Origin: a virus
Taxonomy: Duplodnaviria; Heunggongvirae; Uroviricota; Caudoviricetes
IMG/VR virus record: IMGVR_UViG_3300001688_000696
Reading direction: 5' to 3' (one strand)
Length of the DNA stretch: 64,000 nucleotides
Numbering within the stretch: position 1 is the stretch's first letter; each line of letters starts with the position of its first letter. The notes under the pieces were generated by a model. It saw only the letters and a list, made by a program, of their open reading frames with translations. It was not told where the DNA came from and did no database searches. Shown here in pieces: positions 25,986-36,100 of this stretch. The position numbers and the translations under genes are program-made.

Positions 25986-26869
25986 CATCGAAACCTGTTG
26001 AAAAAATCCTTGTAGGTGGCGATGCCCGCACGGTGCAGACAGTAAACAAATTTTGTCTCTTGTTGCGGGTTGTCACGATTGCTAGTAGACAGGAAATAGA
26101 GACAGTACCGGCAATTCAAAGCCAATCCCCATTTGATATGTTTTAGGCAGGTCGTGTTATTTTCCTGCAAGGGGCAGCCCATTACAACCCAATCGTTCAG
26201 CGAATCATTGAAGTTGACTGCCCTCTGGTCAGCCATTGATGCCATCGTTACCCAGATTTGTTCTGGCATCGGATTGTTCAACCAGTTCATCATGCGCACC
26301 GGATTGGTGAGGATTTTGGCAAGTTCCTGACGGTCTGGAAAATGTCTAAGACGATGTAAATCGACCTCAATCGCCGGCCAACCGTTTTGCTCAATGATGC
26401 GAAGTTTTTCCCGCCCAACGCGGTGAGTGACGTAGATTTCAAGCAGCAGTGGTTCGCCAGCGGAAAAGATAACGATGTCCGGGACAATCCTACCCAGTCT
26501 GGTTTCCAGCGCCACTTCGTCAATTTTGACTTCGATTTTTTCGTCTTTACGAAAGGTGCGATATACCCGGCGAAAGTAAACGCTGCGACCAGAACGGGTG
26601 AAAAACGATAAAAATTCAATCCCGTATCCCGGAATAAAAATGGTTTTTTGCTGGCTGAGGATTTCTTTCGTCAGAAGGTGCAGTGTGGTTTCGCCAGCCC
26701 ATTCGCATTCCGGCGAATTGAGATGGGCGAAGTGATGGATTTTGATGCTCCCCTTACGGGCGACCAGCGGGGCGTTGCAGGTGGGGCAGATGCACTGACA
26801 GGCAGCTCCGCTTTCGACTTCAGAGATATGAACCAGCTTGCCGTTTTTTAGGCCATAGGGAATTTTCAT
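25967..26869 (-). CDS. CoiA-like competence protein family nuclease
   Basis: N-terminal CICPTCNAPLVARKGSIKIHHFAHL, matching the CoiA signature recalled from memory. The 3' end overlaps the tRNA-Glu 3' end by ~19 nt on the opposite strand. Confidence 0.6.
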   Translation of the reverse strand: MKIPYGLKNGKLVHISEVESGAACQCICPTCNAPLVARKGSIKIHHFAHLNSPECEWAGETTLHLLTKEILSQQKTIFIPGYGIEFLSFFTRSGRSVYFRRVYRTFRKDEKIEVKIDEVALETRLGRIVPDIVIFSAGEPLLLEIYVTHRVGREKLRIIEQNGWPAIEVDLHRLRHFPDRQELAKILTNPVRMMNWLNNPMPEQIWVTMASMADQRAVNFNDSLNDWVVMGCPLQENNTTCLKHIKWGLALNCRYCLYFLSTSNRDNPQQETKFVYCLHRAGIATYKDFFNRFRCLPKRI

Positions 26870-26922
26870 GGGATTGATAGATTAATCATATCGAATGCTA
26901 TTTTAAATGTCAAATAATCCCC

Positions 26923-26950
26923 TTGACAAAACTAGCAAATTGCATATAAT
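26923..26950 (+). promoter_or_regulatory. sigma70 promoter TTGACA-16-TATAAT
   Basis: TTGACA at 26923-28 and TATAAT at 26945-50. Shares the 14-nt ATATAATTATCCAC motif with the promoter region at 62390. Confidence 0.6.
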
Positions 26951-27080
26951 TATCCACAGAACGCAGGACACTTCTACAGTTACTTCTTGCTCTAGCCGAG
27001 CAGATTCGAATCGGACGAATCCTTCTTAAGGTCTTGCGTTCCCCACATCAACAAAAAACGGCCGCCCGGCCGTTTTTTTA
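26951..27080 (+). ncRNA. candidate ~125-nt non-coding leader/sRNA ending in an intrinsic terminator
   Basis: No start codon between the promoter and the terminator (acggcc gccc ggccgt + T7 at 27052-27080). The downstream gene 27157 has no promoter of its own. Confidence 0.35.
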
Positions 27081-27156
27081 TTTTTCCTAGTAGATTTCTT
27101 CAAAGTTGGGAATTTGTGGTATCCGCAGCAGCGGCATCCCGGCTTCTGGAGCAAAC

Positions 27157-27909
27157 ATGATAGAAACGATTGTTGATTTTGAAAATGCCGTGCGTCGGGC
27201 AGTCGCCAGCATGGAAAAATTCAGCCCCGGTTTTCTCGATTTCTTGAAGCAAAAAATCGGTGGAGTGGCTGGGATGGATTTTGATAAGTTCCTGACCTTT
27301 AAGGCTGGAATGGGCTACCGGGATTTCGAAAATATGGAAAACATTGGGAACGCGACCCCACCCATTCCTGTTGTTGCGTTGAACATCATGCTTGGCGACT
27401 GGATGGCATTCCGGGGAATGAGCTATCCGCATATCCCTATCCTTCATGCCGGATACGTCTCGCTCGTCCCGCCACTGCCCTCGTGGGAATCAATTTATCG
27501 GGAGTGTGGCTGGCCTGATAACGATGGCAGGCTGCCAATCCCGAGCAGGCTGCAATTTGAGGTTTTTGCGGCTTCTGACCCTATCATGCCTCTCCACATC
27601 GTTTTCGAGGACGGCGAATTTGATAAGGCGGTTGCTGCGCTGAGAGATGAAACTACCGTCCGCATTGATTTTCGGACGGGTCATGCGGGGCAGGCTTTTC
27701 GTCTGAATAAGACAACTGAAGGGTTGAATGTTGAGGCTCGTTATTGGGACACACAGGTGGTCAACCGGCCTTTAGTTGGGGATATCGCGGAAGACTTCAT
27801 ATACCGCTGGGAAGAAGTCCTCCCGCATGTCCAGCATTGGTTTAAAATTGTGCGTTTTGTTCGGTCGGTGCTGATGGAAATGAGGATGGGGATAGAAGTG
27901 GCTGCCTGA
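27157..27909 (+). CDS. hypothetical protein (250 aa)
   Basis: ATG 27157 with RBS ctggag. The upstream part of track ORF 27106 lacks an RBS. Contains GFLDFLKQK, also found in the 62477 protein. Confidence 0.65.
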   Translation: MIETIVDFENAVRRAVASMEKFSPGFLDFLKQKIGGVAGMDFDKFLTFKAGMGYRDFENMENIGNATPPIPVVALNIMLGDWMAFRGMSYPHIPILHAGYVSLVPPLPSWESIYRECGWPDNDGRLPIPSRLQFEVFAASDPIMPLHIVFEDGEFDKAVAALRDETTVRIDFRTGHAGQAFRLNKTTEGLNVEARYWDTQVVNRPLVGDIAEDFIYRWEEVLPHVQHWFKIVRFVRSVLMEMRMGIEVAA

Positions 27910-27935
27910 TAAGTCCCTAAACACAGACATTTTGC

Positions 27936-27970
27936 GGAGACCAGCCATTTTTTGGCTGGTCTCCGATTTT
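27936..27970. terminator. bidirectional intrinsic terminator
   Basis: ggagaccagcc attttttt ggctggtctcc (11-bp stem). Confidence 0.75.
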
Positions 27971-27978
27971 GTTCTTTG

Positions 27979-28932
27979 TTATTCGCTTATCAGAATAAAT
28001 TTGACATTCCAGGATGCGGTTTTTGTTTCGCTAGACACACCGGCGCTGTTCGTGTAAGTGATTTCTGCCGTCCATATCCCAATAGCATCGGATGGTTTTT
28101 CACCGCCCCGGACACATTTGCCGAGTGTTGTCCCCCAGCATGACCTGTCGCTGTTCACCGGGCATTGACTAATCCATGTCCCGTTACAAGTCAGCCCCAT
28201 ATTCATTTCGATTGTTTTGATGGTTGATTCATTGATTTTGACGGTATAGGTGTTTCCTTCTACCGTCGCAATCGTTTTGATGTCACTTTCTGACAGCGTA
28301 TAGGTGGCAAATTCGCCCTTTGGGGTATTGACTTTTATGGTTAACGTTCCGCCGAACAGGTTCGTAATTTGAATATCAAAATCCGGCAGTTCGGTGTTCG
28401 GGGCAATATCTTTTGAGTTCCAAAAATAATGTACTATCGTTGGATTCGTGACTTCAACTATTGGGGCAGGAATCGGTGTGGGGGTTGGGGGTGGAACAGG
28501 TGTTGGTTCGGGTTCTTCGCCACCATCATCCCCTGATTCATCCCCACCATCACATCCAACAAAGAAAGCCCCACACGAGTGTGGTTCCAAATCTTTCGAT
28601 GGGCCACAGGTAATATTTCCCTGCCTCATCCCCCGTGAACCGCTGTAATAGCATAATGGTTTGGAATATTCAAAATAGCACGGCGTACCTTTCCATCCAC
28701 TAAGTGAGTGGCGATAGCAAGTTCCACTCCCCGCGGAGACCATTTTCCCATTGAAACCGTTCCTATCGCAATTTACCGCCATGTTTCCCTTGCCATTTGT
28801 GCCGCAACTTTCAACCATCGCCGGAACGTATTTGCAAAGGGCATGGGCTATAGTCGGGTGGCTCATCCAGTCAATCGTCAAAAATATCCCGACTATAAAT
28901 ACAGCGATTATTGCCTTTTTGATAGCCTTCAT
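27979..28932 (-). CDS. secreted protein with PT-rich linker and a C-terminal domain shared with 46398..48089
   Basis: Signal peptide MKAIKKAIIAVFIVGIFL. PEPTPVPPPTPTPIPAPIV linker. C-terminal CPVNSDRSCWGTTLG...KPSDAIGIWTAEI. Confidence 0.7.
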   Translation of the reverse strand: MKAIKKAIIAVFIVGIFLTIDWMSHPTIAHALCKYVPAMVESCGTNGKGNMAVNCDRNGFNGKMVSAGSGTCYRHSLSGWKGTPCYFEYSKPLCYYSGSRGMRQGNITCGPSKDLEPHSCGAFFVGCDGGDESGDDGGEEPEPTPVPPPTPTPIPAPIVEVTNPTIVHYFWNSKDIAPNTELPDFDIQITNLFGGTLTIKVNTPKGEFATYTLSESDIKTIATVEGNTYTVKINESTIKTIEMNMGLTCNGTWISQCPVNSDRSCWGTTLGKCVRGGEKPSDAIGIWTAEITYTNSAGVSSETKTASWNVKFILISE

Positions 28933-28965
28933 TGTTGTCCCCCTAGATTGTTGATGATTCGGTTA

Positions 28966-30171
28966 TTAATTGGCTAGTTCACATTCGTTGACAATAAGTT
29001 CTCCTTCTTCAATGTCTACAAGATGGAAAATAAGCTCGCCGGTTGGGAAGAAAATAAAATCTTCAGTCACCTGACCGCCATTCAAAAACGCCAAAATGTT
29101 TTCACCGCCATCGCCTTCGTTCAAAAGAGCGTTCTCCTTTGTGCTACGAACGATGGCGTTCATATACCCTTGCGTGGCGTCTGGGATATTTCCCCTCGTC
29201 ACTCTTTGAATAGATTGCAAGTTGGAGAAATCCGGCTTTCCGTTCTTTAAGCCGATTGTATAGGCAAATCTCACAGTGTGAGGCTTCTGGAAGAACTCAT
29301 CGGCGTTCTCAACCAGGTCTTCATCCTGACGGTAGATGCCGCTCCAGTTATTCAAAAACGATGGCACACTCGTTCCGTCCTGATATTTGACCCCATATGC
29401 CATCCATCCGGTGCGGAAACCACCATTGGTAATGACATACAGGAACTTAACCGCCTTGATTTCGTTCCCCTGGCTGTCCACTACTGTTTTTGTGATTGGA
29501 AGTGTCACAGCATCCACGTAAATGCTGTAGGCATAACCGTCATTGTTGCCAACGACAGCCGAAGTCAACGAATACACAGACGATTTTGCAACTGCCTTGT
29601 AGACCGCTAAACTGGCATCATCCGAGCAACCGTCAGGAGTTGCAAAAGTAATATCCTGGTATTCGCCCTTTTTGATATATGTGCCAAGACTTTCACTGCC
29701 GCCTATCCAGCGGAATTCTACATATTCCCCGACGGGTGTATCTAAAGAATTGTTCTCGTTGACTTTGATAATCGTATAGTAGTTCCGCCCAAGATTGGGG
29801 AATGGGTCAACGTTTTCAAACAGCGGTTCATCCATAACTTGAATGCTTTCACCGCCGTCTGGTGACAGCACAAGGTTTTGTGTTGTCAAGTCAGCAATGA
29901 CGTATTTCCAACCATTGACCACTGGGAATACGTCAACCTTTGGTTTCATCGTCGGAATGAAGGTAAATGTCGGCGCTGGCGTAACAGTCGGCGCGAGAGT
30001 GGCTGTCGGCCGAGGCTCACTGGTCGCATTTTGATGCGAGATTACCTCGATTTTATAGTCTGTTGGCGTTGCTGCCACGACAGGAGTTCCCTGCTTTGCC
30101 TGCCCACATGCCGTTGTCAGCACTAACAGGACAGTCATTGCTAATGTGATTATTCCGCTTTTTCCTTTCAT
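28966..30171 (-). CDS. lipoprotein (lipobox LTTAC), hypothetical
   Basis: Signal peptide + Cys. Confidence 0.75.
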   Translation of the reverse strand: MKGKSGIITLAMTVLLVLTTACGQAKQGTPVVAATPTDYKIEVISHQNATSEPRPTATLAPTVTPAPTFTFIPTMKPKVDVFPVVNGWKYVIADLTTQNLVLSPDGGESIQVMDEPLFENVDPFPNLGRNYYTIIKVNENNSLDTPVGEYVEFRWIGGSESLGTYIKKGEYQDITFATPDGCSDDASLAVYKAVAKSSVYSLTSAVVGNNDGYAYSIYVDAVTLPITKTVVDSQGNEIKAVKFLYVITNGGFRTGWMAYGVKYQDGTSVPSFLNNWSGIYRQDEDLVENADEFFQKPHTVRFAYTIGLKNGKPDFSNLQSIQRVTRGNIPDATQGYMNAIVRSTKENALLNEGDGGENILAFLNGGQVTEDFIFFPTGELIFHLVDIEEGELIVNECELAN

Positions 30172-30422
30172 GGCGTCTCTCCTTATTATACAAATTATAC
30201 TATAAAATATTACTTTTGTAAAGTATGTCCATAATATTTAGATTCAAATAGGCTTTGATTCCAAAAAGTTATCCAATTTTATAACAAAATTTTTGCAATA
30301 CGCACCATCTGTGCGCTTTGTTGGATAGGCTAAAGGTTTTTGGGATGATAATCAAGCATAATGAACTATTTTCGATAGTAAACCGACATATCGCGTCATT
30401 CTTGAAAGAAAGGATGACCAAA

Positions 30423-31067
30423 ATGAACTGTCGAGACAAAACGAAACCGGCGAATAACGAGAACACGAAGGAGGGCGGGGGTTACATCTGCCTGGGTGAT
30501 GTGAAAAAAGATTTCTTTTCCGGCATCCCAGTTGAGCGGCTGGCGCATCTCGAAAATATGTATTACCAGGTTCGCAGCCTAGGTTCGCCGCGCCCCATCT
30601 GCCAATGCTCTCCAGAAGAAAGAACATTAATCAACGAATTTGTGGAAGAAATGAAGCATTTGAAAACCTACATGAAAGGGCGGGAGGCGAACCGAGTAAT
30701 CAAGAACACGGATGGCACGTTGACTATTCAGAATATCCGTCCCAAAAGGTATTGCAGAGCATCCAGCGATGATGACCGGTTGTACAACGCTCACGTGGTG
30801 CCGAACCAGTCTATCCGCGTCCAGATGGTCAGCATATCCGAATTTTTGGAATATGACCGCACCTTCAAGGTTGGCGACCGGGCGGCATACGGTTCTCACA
30901 ACACTATTTATATGGGGAAAATTGTGGGCATTTCTGATAAAACAGTCACCATCCAACCGGATGGGAGCAACAAGAAGATACGCATGAACCTGTGGGAGTT
31001 TTGCTGGCGGAATCATGCTTTCAATCATGATGACTCTGAATGGCGGAACTCAAAATGGATGGATTAG
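30423..31067 (+). CDS. hypothetical protein starting MNCRDKT (shares its first 20 nt with the gene at 41556)
   Basis: RBS aaagg 10 nt upstream of ATG 30423. atgaactgtcgagacaaaac is identical to the start of 40804..41556(-). Confidence 0.6.
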   Translation: MNCRDKTKPANNENTKEGGGYICLGDVKKDFFSGIPVERLAHLENMYYQVRSLGSPRPICQCSPEERTLINEFVEEMKHLKTYMKGREANRVIKNTDGTLTIQNIRPKRYCRASSDDDRLYNAHVVPNQSIRVQMVSISEFLEYDRTFKVGDRAAYGSHNTIYMGKIVGISDKTVTIQPDGSNKKIRMNLWEFCWRNHAFNHDDSEWRNSKWMD

Positions 31068-31490
31068 AAAAATCCCCGGTAGATGCCGGGGATTTTTGTT
31101 CGTTTTTAGGCTTAAAAACTTACTGGTCGAGGTTCATCCAATCGGCGTTGTCAAAATTCGTCGCCCATCCCCATGTCATCCAGCACTCCGGGGCTTCCGA
31201 AAGCATGTTGGTGGCAAAAGCAGCGTTTACAGAATCCTTGCCCAGAACCCACCGACTTTAGCCGGTGGAGCTTCAGTGGGAGAAAAACAAAATAAGGCAA
31301 ATGCTGCCCGCTGCCATATGTTGTGGTGGTTCATCAGTAAGGCAGATGTTTTTGCGAGAGAAGACTGCAATGACCGGAATATTGAATATTCCCCGAATTA
31401 ATCTGGTAACACGAACTCTGGTTATTGCTATAATTATTATGAATAGACACACCGTTCTTTAACAACCGAATAAAGGAGACCGTCAACTAC

Positions 31491-32561
31491 ATGCGCAGAA
31501 CCCTTTTTGTACTCGGTATCATCGTGGTAGTGCTAGTCGTCTCTTTGCTGGTGCTATCCCCCCATATGTACTTCTTGCAGCGCGTTGAACAGCAGGAAGT
31601 CGGCATCAAGATGCGTTCCGGGCAAATTGTGGACGTTGTTCCGCCCGGCGTGTACTCAGATGTTGGTCTTTATGCCAATCTGGTGAAGGTCAATACTCAG
31701 GCGGTTGCCTTAGACGTGACCGACCCGGAGTTGATTACTTCGGACAAACAACGGGTTGGCGTACAAGTGACCGCAGATGTGTTCCGTCCGGGGTACGCAC
31801 AGCGAGACACACTGCTGAAAAACTGGGCACAATATCGTCTCCTGTATGTAGATGATGATGTTTTGAAGTCAAAGGTGAACAGCTTCGCGCTGCAAGCCAT
31901 GAAGGTCTGTGTGGGCGACCGAACTTTTGACCAAAGCGTCATCGGTTCGGGGCGTGATGACCTTCGTGAGTGCATTGATAGGGAATTGAGCGCCTTGACC
32001 GAAGCTGTTGGCCTGGATGTTCAGAACGTCGTCGTACCGCAAATTTTAATTTCGCCGGAAGTGCAGGCTTCGATGGATGCGATTGTCCAGAGCCGGTTAG
32101 CAACCGAAAAAGCACGCCAGGATGCTATCAAGGCGAAGGAAGAAGCCGCTGCGAAGCAGGCAGCTCAAGAAGGTGAAATCCGTGTCCAGCAATCAGTGCA
32201 GCAGGAAACGCTCCGCCAGCAGGTTATTACCTCTGAACTGGAACGGCAGAAATTGGAAGCCCAGCTCGCCGTTTTGGATGCGCAGATGGTCAATGCTCAG
32301 AAGGAACTGGAACTGAAACAGCTTCAATCGCAGGTTGCTTCAGAACAGGCAAGAATTGACCTCGCCAAAGAAATTGCACTGGCGGAACTGTATACGGAAC
32401 ATCCCGAATACCTGAACCTGCAACTGGCTTTGGCAAACGCCAGCGCCATCAAGAATACCGACAAACTCATTTTCACCCCCGGGGGTGTCATGCCGAACCT
32501 GATTTTTGGGAACGGCGTCACCCCGACCATCCCGGCCTATCCCGTCCCCGGAACTGAATAA
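31491..32561 (+). CDS. SPFH/Band-7 (stomatin/HflK-like) membrane protein with coiled-coil tail
   Basis: N-terminal TM. Band-7-like core. A/E/Q-rich coiled coil. RBS aaaggag. Confidence 0.75.
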   Translation: MRRTLFVLGIIVVVLVVSLLVLSPHMYFLQRVEQQEVGIKMRSGQIVDVVPPGVYSDVGLYANLVKVNTQAVALDVTDPELITSDKQRVGVQVTADVFRPGYAQRDTLLKNWAQYRLLYVDDDVLKSKVNSFALQAMKVCVGDRTFDQSVIGSGRDDLRECIDRELSALTEAVGLDVQNVVVPQILISPEVQASMDAIVQSRLATEKARQDAIKAKEEAAAKQAAQEGEIRVQQSVQQETLRQQVITSELERQKLEAQLAVLDAQMVNAQKELELKQLQSQVASEQARIDLAKEIALAELYTEHPEYLNLQLALANASAIKNTDKLIFTPGGVMPNLIFGNGVTPTIPAYPVPGTE

Positions 32562-32597
32562 GTAACCGGTAGGGGGAAAGGCATTACCGGAACGGAC

Positions 32598-33262
32598 GTG
32601 TCAATAAAAGACCGCCAAATCAGGCGGTCTTTTGATTTAAACGATTTTGAAAAAATCAAAATGGCGCTTGCTATTGTCTATCATATATATAGACAAACAC
32701 CACGATGGAAAAGAATGGCATATCAGGATTTAAATTTTTGGGACAATGACAAGCTAGCCACCGTTTTCAGCCGTTATCGTTTTGGTGAAACGGTGGATAA
32801 ACACCTGACCGGTTCGCCGCGGGGCAGGGGCTACCCGTCCTTCTTGATTATTTTCGAGCGGTTGGACAGCGGTACGCGGGTACATTTCCACCGGGTCAAT
32901 CCGTTCCGGTCGAAGGAAATGAGTCGAACAATGTCAACAACTGGGTCAGGACGGCATATAACTGGATGGTCGGCAACGTCAACATGGAACGCGTTGTCGG
33001 TCAGCAGGGAGATTTGGTGTTTGTTGACATCGTGCCTAATCTAAGCAAAGCGGAATGGCAGATGGTGGAAGAATACGACAGCCACCGCTTCACGGTTCTG
33101 GTGCGATATACGGACTTCAGCTCGAAAGACAGGAGCAACAACATCTTAGGCTATGTTGAACTGGCGGAAGCGACCGAACTCACTCACCCGGAACACAAGC
33201 GAATTTTATTGCCCCCGGCATTTATCAGGTGCGCCAGTGCCGCAGTTGGGAAGCAAGCCTGA
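32598..33262 (+). pseudogene. gene apparently split by a frame change at short G runs (32816-32819 / 32821-32824; sequence ccgcggggcagggg)
   Basis: Frame 0 (MSIKDRQ...TGSPRGRG) degenerates into low-complexity sequence. Frame 2 is open from 32801 to 33262 with a protein-like sequence but has no start codon before 32966. Inserting one G into the G4 run at 32816-32819 fuses them into ~220 aa. Confidence 0.45.
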
Positions 33263-33556
33263 AAGGTGTTTTCCATCTGCGAATCGACTAACAAAACAGC
33301 CAGCAGTGGGACAACTGCTGCTGGCTAACCACAAGGGGTAATAAATGAAAAAGGTGCTTTGGTCTATTGCTTTCGGTGCAAGTGTTTTGCTGGCGCTTGG
33401 AGCGTCAATATTGACCGGGCTGTGCCTTTGGGGAGACATTTTCAGCACAACATCGCCGACCAGCTCGAAGCTGTTTTGTTATTTCGGTTGAGCAGGAGTG
33501 GTTTCGTTTGCCCACAAAGACCTGCACCGGCAGGATTTCATAAGCAGGGAGATTTG

Positions 33557-33638
33557 AACTGTTAACATTTTGCGGGAAACTGCAAGATGTTAACAGTTTT
33601 TTCCGTGAAAAAACAAGAAACCCGCAAAATGTTAACAG
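33557..33638. repeat. perfect 18-bp inverted repeat pair (ctgttaacattttgcggg ... cccgcaaaatgttaacag) with a third GTTAAC-core site
   Basis: Read directly. Sites centre on GTTAAC at 33559-68, 33587-96 and 33629-38. A related aacattttgcgg lies at 33721. Confidence 0.7.
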
Positions 33639-33770
33639 GCGAAAAAGCTCGACCTGCAAATTTCGCATAGCCGTCAAGGGAAGAAACTCGCCTCATGAAA
33701 ACTGTAGGGTAGGTGCGGCAAAACATTTTGCGGCAGCGGCAACGATTGGAGTCAAGCTCACAGAAAAATA

Positions 33771-33799
33771 TTGACGGCTGCATCCGATAGTATTATAAT
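33771..33799 (+). promoter_or_regulatory. sigma70 promoter TTGACG-17-TATAAT
   Basis: Read directly. Confidence 0.6.
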
Positions 33800-33817
33800 A
33801 ATTATACCAAAATTGTA

Positions 33818-34213
33818 ATGAGAGGAATGATGGTGTCCATTCAACTGAACATTAATGAGAGCGATGCTGTTCGCACCGAAGCTTTTTCTCTGCTGGTGAA
33901 GAAGTTGCGGCGGCTTGCACAAGACGGCAAGTTTGCCCCGCTTTCGTTGAAGCTGAAGCTATTCCAGAACGAGGTGATGAGCGGGGTTCTGGTACGGGCG
34001 CAGCTTCCGCAGCTTTTAGGCTGCACTCGGTCGCTGTACTTATATCCGGCCGAAAACGGGATTGAAGTCGCGGTCGAGGACGATTCTACCGGGAACTATC
34101 GGGCATATGAGCGCTCCTTCGACCATTCTGAATTGAAAAAGGCGTGCAGTTATATCCTGCATCGTATCAAGGCCTGGCAAAAGCGAGTTGCTGCGAAGGA
34201 ACTAGCGAAATAA
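33818..34213 (+). CDS. hypothetical protein (start 33818/33827/33830)
   Basis: RBS gagagga. Confidence 0.55.
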   Translation: MRGMMVSIQLNINESDAVRTEAFSLLVKKLRRLAQDGKFAPLSLKLKLFQNEVMSGVLVRAQLPQLLGCTRSLYLYPAENGIEVAVEDDSTGNYRAYERSFDHSELKKACSYILHRIKAWQKRVAAKELAK

Positions 34214-34332
34214 AAGACTGGCAAGCTGGTCTTTTTGAAACGATAGCGCCGTTTTGGTTAGCAAGCCGATTGTCTATCATTTAAATATAAGATTTTCATT
34301 GTTGAGAGGTAAGAATAAACATTGGCGAATCT

Positions 34333-34788
34333 ATGTACTTAGGCACATATATCATTTGCAATAATTCAACGGTGACTGTGGCCGTCGCACATGGCGGGTG
34401 CGTAAATCCAGGCTGCCCATTGTTCCATCGTTTTGTTTCCGCCAAGTTTTGCGCAGAATGCGGTAAGCCGGTAGGGGAGTTCACCGTTCCTGAAACCAAA
34501 AGACGGGTCTACACCTGGGACATCGACACCCGCGAAAGACTAACCGTGATTGAATGCGCCGATGAAATCGACATCTGGCTGCCGAATCTGTACGAGCCGG
34601 AAACTTCGGTAGATTTCGGTGAGTTGTTCAAAACTGGACGTATGGCGCTGGATAAACCAGGGGAACTGGCAGACCGGCACACAAACAACCTGCTGACCGG
34701 TTTTTCGCAGGAAGTCGAGCTGCTAAAAGAGTTTTACGGTGCTGAGAACGTCTCGATAAAGTGGGGGCTGATATTTCACGACACCTAG
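34333..34788 (+). CDS. hypothetical protein with CAECGKP Zn-ribbon-like motif
   Basis: ORF with a terminator. Confidence 0.55.
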   Translation: MYLGTYIICNNSTVTVAVAHGGCVNPGCPLFHRFVSAKFCAECGKPVGEFTVPETKRRVYTWDIDTRERLTVIECADEIDIWLPNLYEPETSVDFGELFKTGRMALDKPGELADRHTNNLLTGFSQEVELLKEFYGAENVSIKWGLIFHDT

Positions 34789-34792
34789 TAAG

Positions 34793-34823
34793 CAAAAGCC
34801 CGGCTGAAAAACCGGGCTTTTTG
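34793..34823. terminator. bidirectional intrinsic terminator
   Basis: agcccgg ctgaaaaa ccgggct + T. Confidence 0.75.
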
Positions 34824-34846
34824 TTCGCTCTAAACGCGTTTTTGCT

Positions 34847-36100
34847 CTAGTTAATATCTTTCCTGAACATCTTTTCCAAACATGCCTCATAAGGGTTGAC
34901 TAGCCATTCTTTTGGGCAGTTTTTTGCCTTTTCTTTCAAAAAGAAAATGAATTTGGGATTTTTCAGTTTATGCATAGCGAAGATAAAATCCCGGTAGTTT
35001 TTGCCCTGCTCGGCTAGTTTATGGTGAAGGCGTATGACCTCATAAGTAAATTCGTCATCGTTCAACCCCTGTGTGGCGGCGACGATACAAGAGACCGCCC
35101 GGCTTTCTATGTCATTGTTCGGATTGTTCCAAAATAGCCTGCACTGTGCGATAATGCGTTCCTTCCGGTTTGGGTCACTATTATTTTGAAGAGCATACAT
35201 ATAGGATGACCACAAATCCCGGTTGGTTTCCTTATGAATCTGGCTAAGGGCATAATCGCACATCAAATCCGGGTTTTTTCTAACAGCCACAGAAACAAAC
35301 CACTTCTTTTCTTCTGGCATAAATTTGAATTTGTTCATGGCTGCCAGCATGTTCTTGATGGCATTATCAGAGAGGTTTAGATGCCAGGTTATCCAGCCGC
35401 CATTACCGGAAAGCAATTTGGATGCGGCGATAAATTTTTCAGGGTCATTTACACTTTCCTCCGCAAGCTGTTCAACCAAAGCGTTTGCTTTTTCAACTAC
35501 CCACGGATTATTCAACACAGATGTAAAGTTGAGACTGTCCAACCACTCATCGACTTTCCCTTGTGATAATAAATAATCCTGCGCTTCTTTGAAATTGCTG
35601 CAATCAGTGCGGCGAAGCTTTAATAATTCAATTGCGCTGCCTTCGCGAATTTTGCTCCTATGATTATTGCGCATCTGGTTCACCAGATATTCCTGTACTT
35701 GCTCCGAATTGTTGACAAATTTTCCGAGATTGCGAATTGTTTCAATCTTGACATTCTCTGTATCCATGTAATTCATGGCGGTCATCAAGATAGCGTTCTC
35801 ATCGAGGTTTTCCCAAATTGTCTTGGGATGGTTGGCGATAAGGTCAACCATGCGTTCCAAGACAAATTGGTTGATTTTTTTCGGGTCTTCCAAAATTTCA
35901 GCACGCTGTTGCTCGGGCAATTTGGTAAATTTAATGTTTAGATACCACTCAAGGTTTTCACTCTTTGCGACAAATTCATTGGCGAGATATTTTTTTAAAT
36001 CAGCAGGTGAACGTTGAACGGCGGAGGTATTTTGAGACTGAACGCTATTTCCACCGTGTTCTTCGACAGTTTCTTTTGAGCTATTAGTTGAACAGCTCAT
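34847..36100 (-). CDS. hypothetical protein (417 aa), possible helical-repeat protein
   Basis: Long ORF with no recognisable motifs. Confidence 0.65.
   Translation of the reverse strand: MSCSTNSSKETVEEHGGNSVQSQNTSAVQRSPADLKKYLANEFVAKSENLEWYLNIKFTKLPEQQRAEILEDPKKINQFVLERMVDLIANHPKTIWENLDENAILMTAMNYMDTENVKIETIRNLGKFVNNSEQVQEYLVNQMRNNHRSKIREGSAIELLKLRRTDCSNFKEAQDYLLSQGKVDEWLDSLNFTSVLNNPWVVEKANALVEQLAEESVNDPEKFIAASKLLSGNGGWITWHLNLSDNAIKNMLAAMNKFKFMPEEKKWFVSVAVRKNPDLMCDYALSQIHKETNRDLWSSYMYALQNNSDPNRKERIIAQCRLFWNNPNNDIESRAVSCIVAATQGLNDDEFTYEVIRLHHKLAEQGKNYRDFIFAMHKLKNPKFIFFLKEKAKNCPKEWLVNPYEACLEKMFRKDIN

Noticed and set aside
26951-27080. tRNA-like 7-bp acceptor pairing (gcaggac/gtcttgc) and TTCGAAT-like sequence in the leader RNA
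   Set aside because: No consistent D-arm, anticodon-arm or T-arm geometry could be built, so it is not a tRNA.
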